The position numbers and the translations under genes are program-made. A stretch of 64,000 bases of DNA, taken from positions 21,470,755 to 21,534,754 of the forward strand of contig NC_083447.1 in assembly GCF_020745735.1 (NCBI RefSeq), given 5' to 3'. Source of the DNA: Hemiscyllium ocellatum. Taxonomy: Eukaryota. The notes under the pieces are model-generated. The model was given only the letters and a program-made list of their open reading frames with translations. It ran no database searches and was not told the origin of the DNA. This document shows, piece by piece, positions 23,468 to 37,520 of this stretch. Each line of letters opens with the position of its first letter. The stretch's first letter is position 1.

Positions 23468-23790
23468 GTAGCATGGTGGTTCAGTTGTTAGCACTGCTGT
23501 CTGGCAGTACCAGGGACCCAGATTCGATTCCATTCTCAGATGACTGTCTGCGTGGAGTTTACAGGTTCTCTCTGTGTCTGCGTGGGTTTCCTCCAGGTGC
23601 TCCAGTTTCCTTCCACAATCCAAAGATGTTCAGATTATGTGAATCAATCATACTAAATTGCCCACAGTGTTCAGGGATTAGGTGCATTAGTCAGGAGTAA
23701 ATGTAGAGTAATAGGGTCTGGATGGGTTACTCTTTTGAGGATCAGTGTGGACTTGTCGGACTGAATGGCCTGTTTCCACACTGTAGAGAT
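23468..23790 (+). mobile_element. HE1/V-SINE-type SINE
   Basis: Similar to 16175-16481 (GGGTTTCCTCCAGGTGCTCCAGTTTCCT core). Confidence 0.8.
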
Positions 23791-24680
23791 CCTACCTGCA
23801 TTATAGATGGTCCTGACCTGAAAGCATAGAAGCAATACTGTTCCCCAAACAGGCTGAGGGGGAGGTTGTCAAGGTCATAAGCAGTCTCATAAAACAAGGG
23901 GCCCTGTGCCAGTCAACCAAAACTTCTCCAGTTTTTTAGTTAAGAAGCAGGATGCCTCATGGAGGCTGATGATTGACAAAAAAAAAGTACCCATCTCAGC
24001 ACCAACAGTCGTGATGACCTTCAAAGCTACGATGAAACAGCCATGCTGGACACCAGCAATGGATGTTGATCCATTTTCCTCAGAAAGCAGTGCCGGTACA
24101 AGTTAGCATTCACTTTTAAGGGTCAACAGTACACATAGAGTCACTGATACAGCATAGAAACAGACCTTGTGTCCATGCCAAACATAATCCCAAACTAAAC
24201 AAGCCCCACCCACCGGCTCTTAGCCTGTATCCCTCCAAACTATTCCCATTCATGTACTTATCCAAATGTCTTTTTAACCTAGTAATTTTACCCACATTCA
24301 CCACTTTCTCAGAAGTTCATTCCACACAGAGACATAGACTTGTTTGTTCCAAAGTTTCCTTAATTCTCCCTCCATTTTCACCAACAACTGGCTAAGGCAT
24401 TGAAACATTTTCAATTCCTGATCACCATGAGTAACCAACCGCCTCCTGTAGACACATACTAAATCAGAGCACCTTCAAGTGTTTAATGAACTGCTAACCG
24501 TACTCAGCTCATTAGATTTAAAGGTGAACCCAAAGGTGAACCCAAAGAAAGCCCGGTTGTGAAGCTACAGGGTTCTTAACCATGCACTGTTGTGACCAAT
24601 AGAATCACAAGAGAGCAAAGAAGCACATTGAATTTACAGCATACTTGCCCCTTTCCATGGACATAGGCTTGTAGCATTCT

Positions 24681-24874
24681 TTTCTAGGCCTAGTAGGGTA
24701 TTGTTGGAACCATATAGCTGGATTTGCTGCTAAAGCCTCCCCATTATCAAACCTGTTAAAAAATAATGTCCTCTGAGAATGAACTCAGCAGCATTTACAA
24801 GCCGTCTTGGAATTAAAATGGGCCCCAGCGAAGGTTCCCACACTAAATGCACCAGACTATGGACTCCCATTTAA
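24681..24874 (+). mobile_element. LTR retroelement pol remnant (RT connection domain)
   Basis: Translates to FLGLVGYCWNHIAGFAAKASPLSNLLKNNVL*E*TQQHLQAVLELKWAPAKVPTLNAPDYGLPF, matching the Gypsy/retroviral FLG..GY...PL..LLK...PDY..PF pattern. Confidence 0.7.
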
Positions 24875-25239
24875 CAATTCATTTAACTAATTATCTGTTT
24901 GAAAATGACAATTAATCTGATCCTACCATCTTTTAAAAGTGGGCATACAATGTATTAGAGGTGAGCTTTGTAAAAACATGCTCATATCCCCAGTTGATAA
25001 TTGTCCAAATTACATTGTATCTGAGGCAACAGTTTAGTCATATTTCTGGCAGCAGAAGCAGATTACTGCCACCTATTCTGCCAAAGCTTCTCTTTCTCTT
25101 CTCTATTTTCCCCCTTGTTGGTGTTCTCTCTTGTGGTAGAGTGGCTAGAGGCCCAAATGATATGTGAACAGCCAACGGGCTGGAGATTCACACAGATTGC
25201 GGGTGACCACTGGGCTGGAGGCTCGCGAAGAGCAGGCAC

Positions 25240-28200
25240 TGTCAATGGGAAGTTACAGGTGGAGTCAATGGATGGAAGGCTGGTTTGTCAGATGACTGGG
25301 CTGCATTCGTGACTCTCGTGGACCTGGAAAGAGCAGTTACATACCAAGCTATGATACACCCAGATAGGATGCTTTCTATAGTGCATCTATAAAAAACAAT
25401 ATGATTCTTTATGGACATGATGAGTTTCCTGAGTCTCCTGAAGAATTAAAAGTATTGTTGAGCTTTCATGGTCATCATGTCGATGTGGGTGGAACAGGGC
25501 ACATTGTTAGTGGTCTTCATTCCCAGGGAGTTGATGGTCTAAGCTATCTCCACCTGAGCACCACTGATGCAGCTAGGGGCATGCCCTCCACTCTGCTCCC
25601 TAAAGTCAACAATCAGTTCCTTCATTTTGCTGACATTGATGGAGAGATTGTTGACTTTACACCATTCTGTTAAGTATTGTATCTCTTTCCTTTACTCTGT
25701 CTCATCGCTGTCAGAGGTCCAATCTACAGCAAAAGGTGTTGTCGCATATCCTTATCCATTGTGGTGTGTGGGTCAGGAAGTCAAGGATCTAATTGCAGAA
25801 GTGGGGAATAGACACATAGGTCCTGGAGTTTGGGGATGAGCTTGTTGGAATTATGGCATTGAAGGTGGGGCTGTAGTCAATAAGTAGGAGCGTGACGTAG
25901 GTATCCTTGTTATTCAGATGATCCAGGATGAGTGTAGGACACCGGCGATGGCATCGGCCCTGGATCTGTTGTGGCAGTTGGCAAATTGCAGATGTTCAAG
26001 ACCATCCGGGAGGCTGAAATTGGTGCAAGCCTCTCGCAAACTAACCTCTTGAAGCACTTCATAATTATAGAAGTCAGAACTACTAGGCAGTAATCATTTA
26101 GGCACGCTGCATGATTTTACTTTGACACTGAGATGATGGCAGTCTTCTTGAAACAGGTAGGAGCTGCAGATAGTCGTAGGAAGAGGTTGAAGATGTAAGC
26201 AATTACTATTGCCAGTTGGCACAAAAGGATCTGAGTGCACAGGTGGGGGGCTCCTTTCGGGCCTGTCGATTTCCATGGGTTCACTCTCAAGAAGGTTGAT
26301 CTAACATCTGCGGTGGTGACTGTGGGTATAGGTACATTTCTGACAGTAAAACAATAACTACACTTGGAAAAGACGTGGCAGACCTACAGACAACTGAAGA
26401 CAGAAGACCAAAAACTAACAGGCAACATAAAGAACAGGTGGTGGGTGGAGAAAGCACTAGAAACCCATCGTATGGCTGACAACCATGACATGCATGGTTT
26501 CTTCTGTACTGTCAAGACCATGTACAGACCTAATACTGAAGGCCCCACCACATTTCTGGCCAAGGATGGAGTGACTCTTATCAAAGATGAAGAAGCCATC
26601 AAAAAATGCTGAGGGACACTTTAAAGACCTGCTCAACAAAGGCTCTGATGTTGTTTTGATCTTCATTGAATGCATCCCACAGCATACTACAGACCATGAG
26701 CTCAGCAATACCCAATCCCTGAACAAAGTTGAGAAGTCAGTTGAGAACAATAACGCTGCAGGAGCCGAGACTGTGATGCTGCAAAAGCACAGTATGTCAG
26801 GCAGCATCCAAGGAGCAGGAGAGTCAATGTTTTGGCCATCACCTGAAAAATTAGACTCTCCTGCTCCTTGGATGCTGCCTGACCTGCTGTGCTTTTTCAG
26901 CACCACACTCTAGACTCTGATCTCCAGCATCGGCAGTCCTCACTTTCTCCCAACTTTGCAAAAGCACATGGTATCCTCTCTGAGGCACTGAAGTGCAAAG
27001 GCAAAGAGCTCCGGCTGCAGCTACACACCTTTGTCTGCCTTACCTGGAAGGAGCATGACATTCTGGGTGGGCTCCTAGATACCATAGTTGTGAGTATTTT
27101 CAGAAAATGGAACAACTCTGACTGTGGTACTAAAGCGGATCTCCCAGCTGTCAACTGCTGGAAAATCCGTCACCAAGGTCCTCGTCAACTGTCTCTTCCC
27201 TGTGGCTGAAGAACTCCACTGGAGTTGTGGTGTGGCTTCTGGCTGTGGAGGGGCACAATGGACATGATTTACACCACACAATAACTGCAGGAGAAATACA
27301 GAGAAAAGAATCTATTCCTGTATGTGCCTTTCTTCAACCCTACAAAGGCCTTTGACATTGTCAATTGGGAAGTATTATGGAACATCCTTCTCCATTTTGT
27401 TTGCACCATGAAGTTTGTCACCAATCTCTGCCTCTATCGGACAGCATGGAATTCATGCTAATGATATGCCCCATTTGAGCCAATATCATGCAGGATTGCA
27501 TCATCACCTCAGCACTGTTCTCGATCTACCACGCTACAATATTTTACCTCACCACCGACAAACTCCCCACTGAAGTGGAGCTAACTTATTGAATCTATTG
27601 GAAATTATTCAACCTCCGCCACCTTCAAGCCAAAACCAACGTTACCACAACCAGTGTCATCAGTTTGCAGTTTGCAGATGATGCTTGTGCATGTGCACAC
27701 TCAGAGGACCTAATCCAGACCATTGTCAGTAATTTTATACGGGTATATGAGACCAAGGGTCTCACCCTGAACATCCACAAGACAAAGGTCCGCATAAATC
27801 TGGCCTGGCATTTTGGAGCAATGATCATCAATGCCCATGGGAAGGCTCAGAGAACCTTGACCACTTCCAACACCTCAGAAGTGTCCTGTTGGCCAAAGCA
27901 GCTATTGATGAAGAGATCCAATATTGCCTTCAGTGTACTAGCACAGCCATCAGCAGCCTGAGGAGAGTGTGTTTGAGACCAACAATATCAGACCAAGATG
28001 ATGATATACAGAGTTGTGGTGTTTTCCAACCTTCTATATGACTCTGAAATGTGGACTGTCTACTGTTGACACCTCAAGGCACTATAGCAGATCCATCAAT
28101 GTTGCCTACACAAGATGTTGTGAGTTCACATGGAAGAAAGATGCACCAACACCAGCATTTTTGACTAGGCCAACATCCCCAATGTCAAGGCACTGACCAC

Positions 28201-29790
28201 CCTTGATTGGCTATGATGGCTGGCCATGTCATCCGCAAGACCAAATGAGACAACCCAAGAAGGTTCAAAATAACAGGTGAGCCCCAGATGGACAGAAGTA
28301 TTTTGATAATACCCTCAAGGCCTCACTGGCAAATTACAGCTTTCCTACAAACACCTGGGAATGACTGGCCAAATACCATCCAAAGTGGAGGAGAAGCATC
28401 CAGCGGCTGGTATTGAGCACTTTGAATCTTGCTGTCAATAGATGGAAGCAGGGGAAAATCAGCAAATGGAGCACACTGCCACAGAATGCCCAAACCACCC
28501 TTTTGCATGATCACCATCTGCCCCAAGTGTAACAGACTCTGCGGTAACCACATTAGTCTGTACAGCCACCTACAGACTCGTCCTGAGAGTGGGAGAGAGT
28601 CATCCTAGCATTGGAGGGACTGTCGGTGATGATGTATCTGGGGCTGTTGGGTCAGGTGGCATTGTTTCACTGACTTTCTGTGCAAAGCAAGAATAGAATG
28701 CATTGAGCTTACTGGGGAGGGATGCATTGTTGCTCATGATTCTGTTTCACCTCGTTTTGTAGGCCAATATATCGTGCAATCCCCGCCACAAATAATGAGT
28801 GTCCGTATGGTTTGTCTGGGTCTCTAACTTAGATTGTTATCATCTCTTGGCCTATGTGACGGCTTCGTCAAGGTTATACCTAGATTTCCGGTATAGGTTA
28901 GGGTCAACTGACATGAATGTTTCAGACCCGGACTTCAGTAGGAACTGGATTTCCCAGTTCATCTATGGTTTATGATTGGGAAACTTATGAATTAACTTTT
29001 TAGGCATGCAGTCTTCTACACAGTCATGAATGAAGGCTGTATTGGTAGTGGCATACTCATTTAGGTGGGCTGAGTTCCTGATTATGAACCAGTATACTGA
29101 TTCTAAGCAGTCCTTAGAAGCCCTTTCCATTGTCTCAGACCAACACTTATGTACTGGGTCCTTACTCTTCAATTGTAAGCTGAAAGGAGAAGCACAGCCT
29201 GTGATTTGGTTTTCCGGGGAGGGGAGTGGGGAGGTGGTGGAGGTGGAGCAGTAGGCATCTTTGATGGTTGTATGACAATGGTCAAAGATGTTTGAATGTC
29301 TGGTGAGAAAGTAAAGGTGTTGAGGATATTTTATTAGCAGATTCTTGAGGTTGACCCATGTGACTTCACTGGCTATGATGAACAAGACCTCAGGCATTCT
29401 ATCTCAAGACTTTTGTGGTGTACTGTTCATCAAGCGCACTATTCATCAGGTGGAATATAGACTGCTGTCAGGATAATAAAGGTGAACTTGCATGACGTAT
29501 TAGGGATGGCACTTCACGATAAGATATTCTGAGTCTGGAGAAGGGGGGCAGGTTCAGGATGGGGTGGGGTTGGGTGGTGGCATAACTCACTGGGATCACT
29601 ATGTCTGAGCACCAGATGCTGTTGATTAGGAGGAAGACCCTAACATTGCTTACCTTGCATGAAGATGCTGAATGGTCCATCTGATGAATAGGGATACTTT
29701 GGGTTGTCAGACACAGTCAGGTATAGCAGGAGTGGGCCATGTCTCTGAAAAGCAAAACATATAGCAGTCTCTTAAGTCCATTTAGAAGGT
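25240..29790 (-). mobile_element. Degenerate Rex1/L2-like LINE split by a nested RTE insertion
   Basis: ORF 28963-29397 ends AFIHDCVEDCMPKKLIHKFPNHKP (EN-RT linker). RT-like remnants continue at 25240-26330. Confidence 0.55.
26340..28634 (+). mobile_element. Degenerate RTE-clade LINE
   Basis: ORF 27665-27961 QFADDACACAHSEDLIQ...GLTLNIHKTKV (RT xADD motif) and a short GAT-repeat tail. Interrupted by a Penelope-type inverted repeat at about 26745-26945. Confidence 0.75.
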
Positions 29791-31463
29791 GTGTCTAGCT
29801 TTAAGATCATCAAGCTTGTTTTAAATGGTTTGGATTTTTGCCAGGAGCATCTGCGGAGTGGGGACATGAATCCACATAGTTTCAGACTCACATGGAGGCC
29901 ATCATGTCTCCCACATTTCCTGAGTCGATGTCCTTTTGTACTGTGGATGTCTGTGGTCTCTCTCCATCTAAATAGCTTCCCACTTTTGTATTCTTCCTGT
30001 CACACTAGAGAAGTTCACGTTTCCTCATATTACACTACAACTGCCAATGTTTTGCCCAAATAGCTGAGCTCCCTATTTCCCTTCACAGACAACTTCCCTC
30101 TTCTTGACAACTTACATTCCTGTTCCCATGTACTTTCTGCCTTTGTCCCTCTAAATGGCAGTGGTTGCAGGTTTGGAAAGTGCTGTTTCACAAACATTTT
30201 TTCTCCTCTTCTCATTCTAGACCCACATCCTGGGACGTGACTACTTTTTCTTGACCCGATAGCCAGGTGAAACATTGTCCCTGCAACCAGTATGTTCAGT
30301 CCTTATCATTTAGATGTTTCAACGAGATTCTCTCTCAATCATCATGTGAATGCAGGCCCAATTGACTCAACCTCTCCTCAAATGACAAGCCTGCCATCCT
30401 TCGGAATAATTCCAGTAAATCTCTCCGCTGTCTGTCTATGGCAAATATAATACCATGTTGTCAACATGGAATGTTTTCGAAACTCACCTTTCTCTTCCAG
30501 TTTTTCATCCCTTGGTATACCTGCGACCAAAGAGAGAAAAAGTGGAAAAAGGTGACCACTCCTCCCCTAATCTCCTCACTGAAACTCCCATTCATCAGAC
30601 TCACGGTTTTGCCACTTTACACAAGAGCACTCCGTGACTGAATGTGTAACGTCTCACACTCAATTTAGTTTGAGATCACACTCCTTAGAAGCAGTTATAA
30701 AAAAACAATTTAGTCAGTTACTCAATTTGCTGCTGTCACCTACTCTGCAGTAGAGGCCTTGATATGCTTGCTTTGCTTTGATTCCAAGCCTCTTAAGATA
30801 CGTTAGACTTAAATGAAATACCAAATTGCCGGCAAGTAGTACTGGATTTTATAAAGGATTCATACTATAACTTTTAACCTCCTACCACCCCTCTTACGAA
30901 TTCAGTCTTTCCATTCTGTCCTAGAATGATGTCTTTCTGCATCACAGAGTAAGAGAACGTCACGAGCCTCGGCTCAACAATGATGACATTGCATGGTTGA
31001 AACCCTGACACTCAAAACACTAACTACCTTTGCATTCCGAATGGCTGGTAGTTGATTCTTTTCCTACTTAATCCCGAGAAGTGCGCATCCAGACATTATC
31101 CGCCTTTAAACTATTCACCCCCACACATAAAAGAGTACATGGTATATCCCACCGATTAAGTTGTAAGAGTTTATATTGTTTCATTTTTATCAGTTGAGCC
31201 TTCTATAACTGCCTCACAAATACGGTGATTATGGGTTACCTTAAACGCATCTAGCGTGTTTGCCCATTTTCTACATTCTCATCAGTCACCGAATTTCGCC
31301 TGAACCCGGTATTGAACAGGATTGGACTTATCTTGCAGTTATCGTCCTGTCATCTTGAAAGTGTAGGTTTGGATGCGCAGCACTTTAATAATCTCGTATG
31401 CTTGAACTGTATTTCTGTTAATCCGCCGTAATTTTACATGAATCCAGCTCAATTTGTGCAAAG

Positions 31464-31502
31464 GGTTTTTGTCGCAGTTACCTGAGACCATGAAGCGCTG
31501 TG
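31464..31502 (-). other. 23-RSS of D-proximal TRBV
   Basis: CACAGCG CTTCATGGTCTCAGGTAACTGCG ACAAAAACC: exact 23-bp spacer. Confidence 0.96.
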
Positions 31503-31806
31503 TCACTGGCTGCACAGAAATAACTTGCGCTGTCGGTGAGTTCAACGCTGTCGATCTTCAGGATAGATTTTTTGTTTTCCATTGTCCTCGTAATAGTAAA
31601 GCCGCTCTTGAAACCATCTTCATACCGAGCTTCCCCTGCTAAATACACGTACCCGATTAACGCGAAGCTTCCGTCGGCCGATTGACGATACCAGAGCATG
31701 TTATCACGTATCGTTCCTTCCTGCAGACAATTCAGTTCGACTGATCCTCCTGGGTTGAGGGCAAGCGAAGCGGGCCATTGGCGCACCTCATCACCCCGGG
31801 AACCAC
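31503..31806 (-). CDS. TRBV: TCR beta V exon, open and probably functional: GSRGDEVRQWPASLALNPGGSVELNC...MLWYRQ...DSASYFCAAS
   Basis: Both Ig cysteines, WYRQ and YFCAAS; TTTCCAG acceptor at 31807; adjacent 23-RSS. Confidence 0.96.
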
Positions 31807-32103
31807 CTGGAAATGAGAATTAGAGATGAAAAAAATAAAGATTTTCGAGCAATACTTGAGGCAATGGATTATCTATAAGAATTCAGATTTTGTCCTAATT
31901 TCCTACATGTCACTGAATTCATCCAAATCCAATAGGATTAGTGCAATAATTTAAAAGGTTCTGTCCTATAGTGACCAGAATAAATACAGCACTCTATCAA
32001 ATAATTATTTTCTGATTTCACAAGTCAACATCTTACTGCATTAGTTACAGAGCCTTAATCATTTCCTCTCCTTGATGAAAGGCAGAAAAGAATTTTAACA
32101 TAC

Positions 32104-32149
32104 TAAGAGCGAGAAGGAAACCACCGAAGACGATCAAATTAAATCGCAT
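32104..32149 (-). CDS. TRBV: Leader exon of D-proximal TRBV: MRFNLIVFGGFLLAL(S)
   Basis: Hydrophobic 15 codons plus 1 nt, GTATGT donor, phase matches the V exon. Confidence 0.85.
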
Positions 32150-32224
32150 CTTTGCATCAGATTTAACAGCCGTTCTGCTAGATGGGTAGGATCTCAGAGA
32201 CGTTGATTAAGTGCAAGTAGAGCA

Positions 32225-32232
32225 TTACGTCA
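32225..32232 (-). promoter_or_regulatory. CRE-like motif TGACGTAA in V promoter
   Basis: About 80 bp upstream of the leader ATG; resembles the CRE-containing TRBV promoter decamer. Confidence 0.5.
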
Positions 32233-35200
32233 TAAGCAGATGAGGTACCGCTGAGATGATCTCCACCCCATTTTCGCGGAGAGGCGGTGCTTGCCTGCGT
32301 GCTAGTCTGCTCTGTCTTTCATGAAACGTAATGTGATTGGCCCATAACAATTAGGAACGGAAAGCCCATAAACCAACTAAAAAAGTGCATTTGTTTTGTT
32401 TTATTCCATATATTTTCATTTCCGTTTCCTAGTTGAATTAATTTTCATGAAATTTCAAGGAAGAAATTAGTGTTTTTTGCGGAATTGGGGGTGGGGGAGG
32501 GGGTCGTGGAAGGAGGAGCTGTCGAGGTTTGCGGCTGTGACCATCCGGCACTAATTTGCTGAATTTTGTCCAACACGGAATACATCTACAGCGCTGTACC
32601 CCGCTACAATAAATATTGATAATGCAAGATCGGGGTTAGGTGAATTGGCCACGCTAAATTTCAGGGTGGTGTTAAGTGCATGTGTCAGGTATAAATATAG
32701 GATAATAGGGTAGGGGAATGGGTCTGGGTGGGTTGCTCATCGGAAGGTCAGTGTGGACTTGTTGGGCCGAGGGGCCTGTTTTCACACTGTAGGGATTCAT
32801 GAAAAAAATGGCAGAATCTGGGAATTCTGCGACGAGCGCTCATCGCCTGGCAGCTCAAACTATCTTCAGTATTAGGCACAAATCAAGGGTGCGATGAAAA
32901 AAATCTTCATCGTCTAGATGATTGAAGCTCCTCCAACTGGACTCAAGGAGCTCGCCACCATCCATGCCACATCGCCTGCTAGATTGACACTTATCCATCA
33001 TCTTGAGCATTCATTCCCACCACCAATGATATTGAATGGCAGGAGGACAAGCCATCTACAAGATCCACTCACCCAAGGCACCTTCCAAAATCGAAACCTC
33101 TGCCATCTAAATGAACAACGACAGTGGATGCATGGGAGTACAGCCATCACCAAGCTCCGGTCCAAGACACAACGCCATCCTGATGGAACATTATTGGTGT
33201 CCCTTAACGGTGGAGGCATCACAAACCTGACAAAGAGACAGCAATATGGCGGCGGGGGGCTGCAGCACACCATTCCAGCTCATGTTCTGGGGTTCGTCCG
33301 CCTGCGTCTGCTTTCTTTTCTTTTTGTTTCTTTTATTATTTAGGGTCTTTTTTCTCTTTTAAAGAAGTTTAATGCAGCGGCAGGAGTGAGAGGGCCAGCA
33401 GCGCGGAGAGGAGATAGCGAGAGCTCAGCAGCAGTTAAAAAAACCAGCCTGGCCCGGCCGCGGGGAGGAAGGGGAAAGAGAGAGAGTGCGGGACTCGGCA
33501 GCGGGTAGGGTGGAGAGGAGAGAGAGGGACCCGGCAGCGGGCGGGGGGTGGGTGGAGAAGAGTCTGAGTTAGCTTTGAAGCATCTGTACTGCTCCAGGCT
33601 GGCCGCATTCTTTTTAACTCCCCTTTTTATTTACTTACCTTCTGGAGAGAGTGCAATCGCGGCGCTGGCATCACGGGGAGAGTAGTAGCGACCATGGTCC
33701 CGAGCGGTGGCGGCTGGATATCAGCTGTGGGCCGGGACCAGCTTGGTTAGAGTGAGCCTGAAGTATCAATCCCCAGGTGTCTGCAGCATCGAGACCAGGA
33801 AACCCGAGCTTTCCTGGAGAGTGGGCCAAAGCGCGGAAACCGAGCCCTTGCGGGAAGTGCATTTAAGAAAGACTGTTGAAAATGTACCTTTATTTCTTAT
33901 GTTTCCATTTAAATCTAGGAAGGACAATAATGTTAATCTTCAACTTTATTTTCTACTTATAGTGAGGAACAATGGTAATGGTTTACTTTTAACTTTGATT
34001 CTCTATATTAGTTTTCTACCTTCCTCCCTGCGTGTGACGACATTGTACAAATTGCACTGTACTCCTGTACTTGAGCACACGTGACCACATCGCGTAAGTC
34101 AAAAACTTGAACTTTTTTCTAAATAGTACTGTGCGTGTACTGTCGACTTTAAAATCATTCAACGAGGCAATCCACCACCATTTTCTCTGGGGTAATTCGA
34201 GTTGGTCAAAAAAACTGACTTGGCAAACGACATCCGCACTCCCTACTTAGTTGCTTAAATAGCTCTTCGTACAATAGTCCACTGCACCAGTGGGTTACTG
34301 CCAAATTTCAAGTTAGACGTTGTGTCCTTCAGAGTTCACATGACTACAAATCGAAATTTGAAGCCTTCTTCAAGTTCAGCCTACTTAAAAAGACATCCAT
34401 TATCTAACTCCAGGTTACAGTTAAACTTGGTAATTCTCCGATCATCATCAAATCAGTAATCCGGTATAACTAGCTTGCAATTACTTAAGAAAAAAGTGAT
34501 TATTTCAATACCAAGGACATCCAATATGGATAAAGAAGGTTCACTGGACCCAAAAAGTTAACTTTGCTTTCTCTCTGCAGATGCTGTTCGACCTGTTGAA
34601 TTTGGTCAGATCTTCAGCTTCCTCAGTTCTTTGCTTTATTTCAATGACCATTCCACCTAGCGAGTCAGCTTCACCGTTCAATGAGGTAATAGCTATTCTG
34701 AAAATCCTCAACTCCACTTTCTTGCCTTTGCTTCATAACTCTTGATTCCCTTTCTGATTAAAAATATGTCTTGCTCAGCCTTGGACATACTAAATGATTC
34801 AGCCTCTAACATGATCAGTGGCAAATATTTCCACAGATTGATTACCTCCAGTGAAGACTCCTCTGATGCAGTGATAATTTCCTTATAACTCAAGAGAAGT
34901 TGTAAGATTTGGATTCAAGTCCCACCTGTTGCTGAAGCATGTCATGGCATCTTGATTAAATATATACATGGGAACCCTCCGTGACGGCGAAAATCTCTTC
35001 ATCTCTGTCTTAAGAGGGTGACCCCTTCCTCTGAAATCTTGCCTTTGGTCCTCAACATTCCTACAAGAGAGGAATTGTAAGTGTTTCAGTAAATTTACCC
35101 CTCATTCTGATAAATTCCAACGAGTACAAGCCCACCCTGCTAACCTCTCCTCTTAAGGTTGTCCCTCCTATATGGCCAGCGTAGTACAACCTCTCTGGGG

Positions 35201-35959
35201 TGCTTCCATTGACTTAGATAAGGAAAATGAAGCATCAACATCAATTGCCAGGTACTAGATTGTTATTCTGAATGAATGATACTAGTGCACAACAGAGAAT
35301 CATTCAACTTGATCTTAATTAGTGCCAGAAATAAAAGAGAGAAGGCACACATACTTAGATTAATGATAATCAGGATAATCAGCACCTTGATGCACGAACT
35401 CAGAGTGGGGAGGTAGAATGTAAAATTAAGCAAAGAGTTTGAATTATGATCATTTTTGCCAGAAAGGGATGTTTTTTTTAATCCATGGACATGTGTTGTA
35501 TTACAGGAAGGATGGCTAGCAAGTGTACACCAGCCACTCACGAATGACAATTATGAAAAACCAATTGCTGGACTTCTCCAATTATAGTAAACATTGATCT
35601 GGACATTCACAAGATACCATTGTTCTTCTTTTCTATGTCCAATCGAGATTGAAGGCAAAGCCTCAGTTTAATAATTTAGTCTGTGTAGCATTTCTCCAGT
35701 GCCGTCTACCAAAAATGTGAGAAGAAACTGCTCATATGACAAATAATTGGACAGAGTGAGCCAAAGAAAGAAACCAAAATAGATATAGGGTAACAAAATA
35801 TAAAAGAAATGGTCAGACTAGAGAAGAAACATTTACAGAAAGAGAAAGGAAGTGGTAGAAATATTTCTGTACAAGTTATGACATCTGAACAGACGGATTG
35901 AGAGCATACACCTTAAACAGTTCAGAAGAAGGCAGGAGAAATGTGTTTAGGTTTGGTTA

Positions 35960-37520
35960 GGTCTAACCAAACCTAAAGCTGCAGCATCACTTCCTGACTC
36001 TTGTACTCAATATCCCAGCCAATATAAACAAGCATATTGTACACCTTCTTTGCCACCATATCTACTTGTGTGGCCACTTTCGGGGAGCTATAGACTGGGA
36101 CCTCAAAATTCCTCTGTACATCAATGCTGTTCGGGATCCTGCCATTAACTGTATCCTGTCCCTTAAAATGTGGTTTCCCAAAGTGCAACATCCCACACTT
36201 GCCTGGATTAAAATTTATCTGCCATTTCTACCTTCACATCTGCAACTGATCTATATCAGTTCTTTGACAACTTTTGACCCTATCCACAACTCTCAACATC
36301 TTTATGTCATCTGCAAACTTACTAACCCACCCATCTACATTTTCATCCAAGTCATTTATGTAAATCACAAACAGCAGAGATCCTAGCATGGATCCCTATG
36401 GAACACCAATACTCAAGGATCTCCAGGCAGACAAACACCATTCCACCACAATCCTCTGTTTTCTATGGCTAAGCTAATTCTGAATCCAAATAGCCAAGTT
36501 ACCATAGATCCCATGCAACTTAAATCTTCTAGATGAGCCTTCCATGAGGGATCTTGGGAAAGTCATGTAAAATCATGTAAACAACATCCACTGCTGTACC
36601 TCCAGCCCCAGCCCGTCCTCAAAAATATCAGTCAAGTTAGTAAGACATGACCTGCCCCGCAAAAAGTAGTGCTAACTGTCTCTCGTTAGATTATGCTTTT
36701 CCAAATGTAAGTAGATCCTATCCCTAAGAGTTCTCTCTAATAGTTTCACAAATGCTGATGTGAGACTCACCAGTTTCTAATTTCCTGGATTATCTCTATT
36801 TTCTTTCTTGCTAGTCGTCTGGAAGCTCTACAGTGGATAGAGAGGATACAAATATCTTGGCAACCCAGAAATCTCCTGTCTTGCTTCTCTCAATAACCTG
36901 GTCTACATCCCATCAGGTCCTGGAGACTCAGCCATTTTAATGCTCTTTAAGACACCTAACACCACTCCTTTCTTGACCTTAACATGCATTTGTATATTAG
37001 CATGCCCTAAACTAATCTCGTTATCCTCTATGTCTTTGTCCTTGGTGAATGCTGTTGCAATGCACTCATTTAGAATCTCGCTCATATCCTCTACCTCTAA
37101 GCACAAATTTCCTCCTTTACCCTTGCGTGGTTCTACCCTTTCCCTAATCATTCTCTTGCTTTTAATGCGTAAAATGTCTCGAAATTTTTTTTAACCTGAC
37201 TCTCCAAGGGCATTTTATGGCTCCTCGTTGTTCTGCTAAATTTCTGCTTTTTTTTTGGTACTTTCTTTGACCTGGTTCAGTTTTATCTTTCTAAACTTTT
37301 CATATGCTTCCTTTTACTTTTTGACTAAATTCACAATCTGGCTAATCATTCAAGTGTCCTACACTTTGCTATCCCTGTTCTTCTTTCTCATTGGAATATG
37401 CTGGTCCTGAAACTCTGATCAATAGGCATTTAAACAACTCCCACATATCAAACATGAACTTGCTCAATAACAGCTGGTTCCAATTAACACTGTCTTGCTC
37501 CTGCCTAATACTGACATAAT
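35960..37520 (-). mobile_element. Degenerate CR1 LINE
   Basis: Minus-strand ORFs 35973-36191 and 36903-37151 resemble the CR1 ORF2 at 53454-54923. Confidence 0.8.

Noticed and set aside
33240-34090. GC-rich block resembling a CpG-island promoter
   Set aside because: Looks like an interspersed repeat (purine-rich runs, LINE-like 3' end), has no linked gene, and could not be classified.
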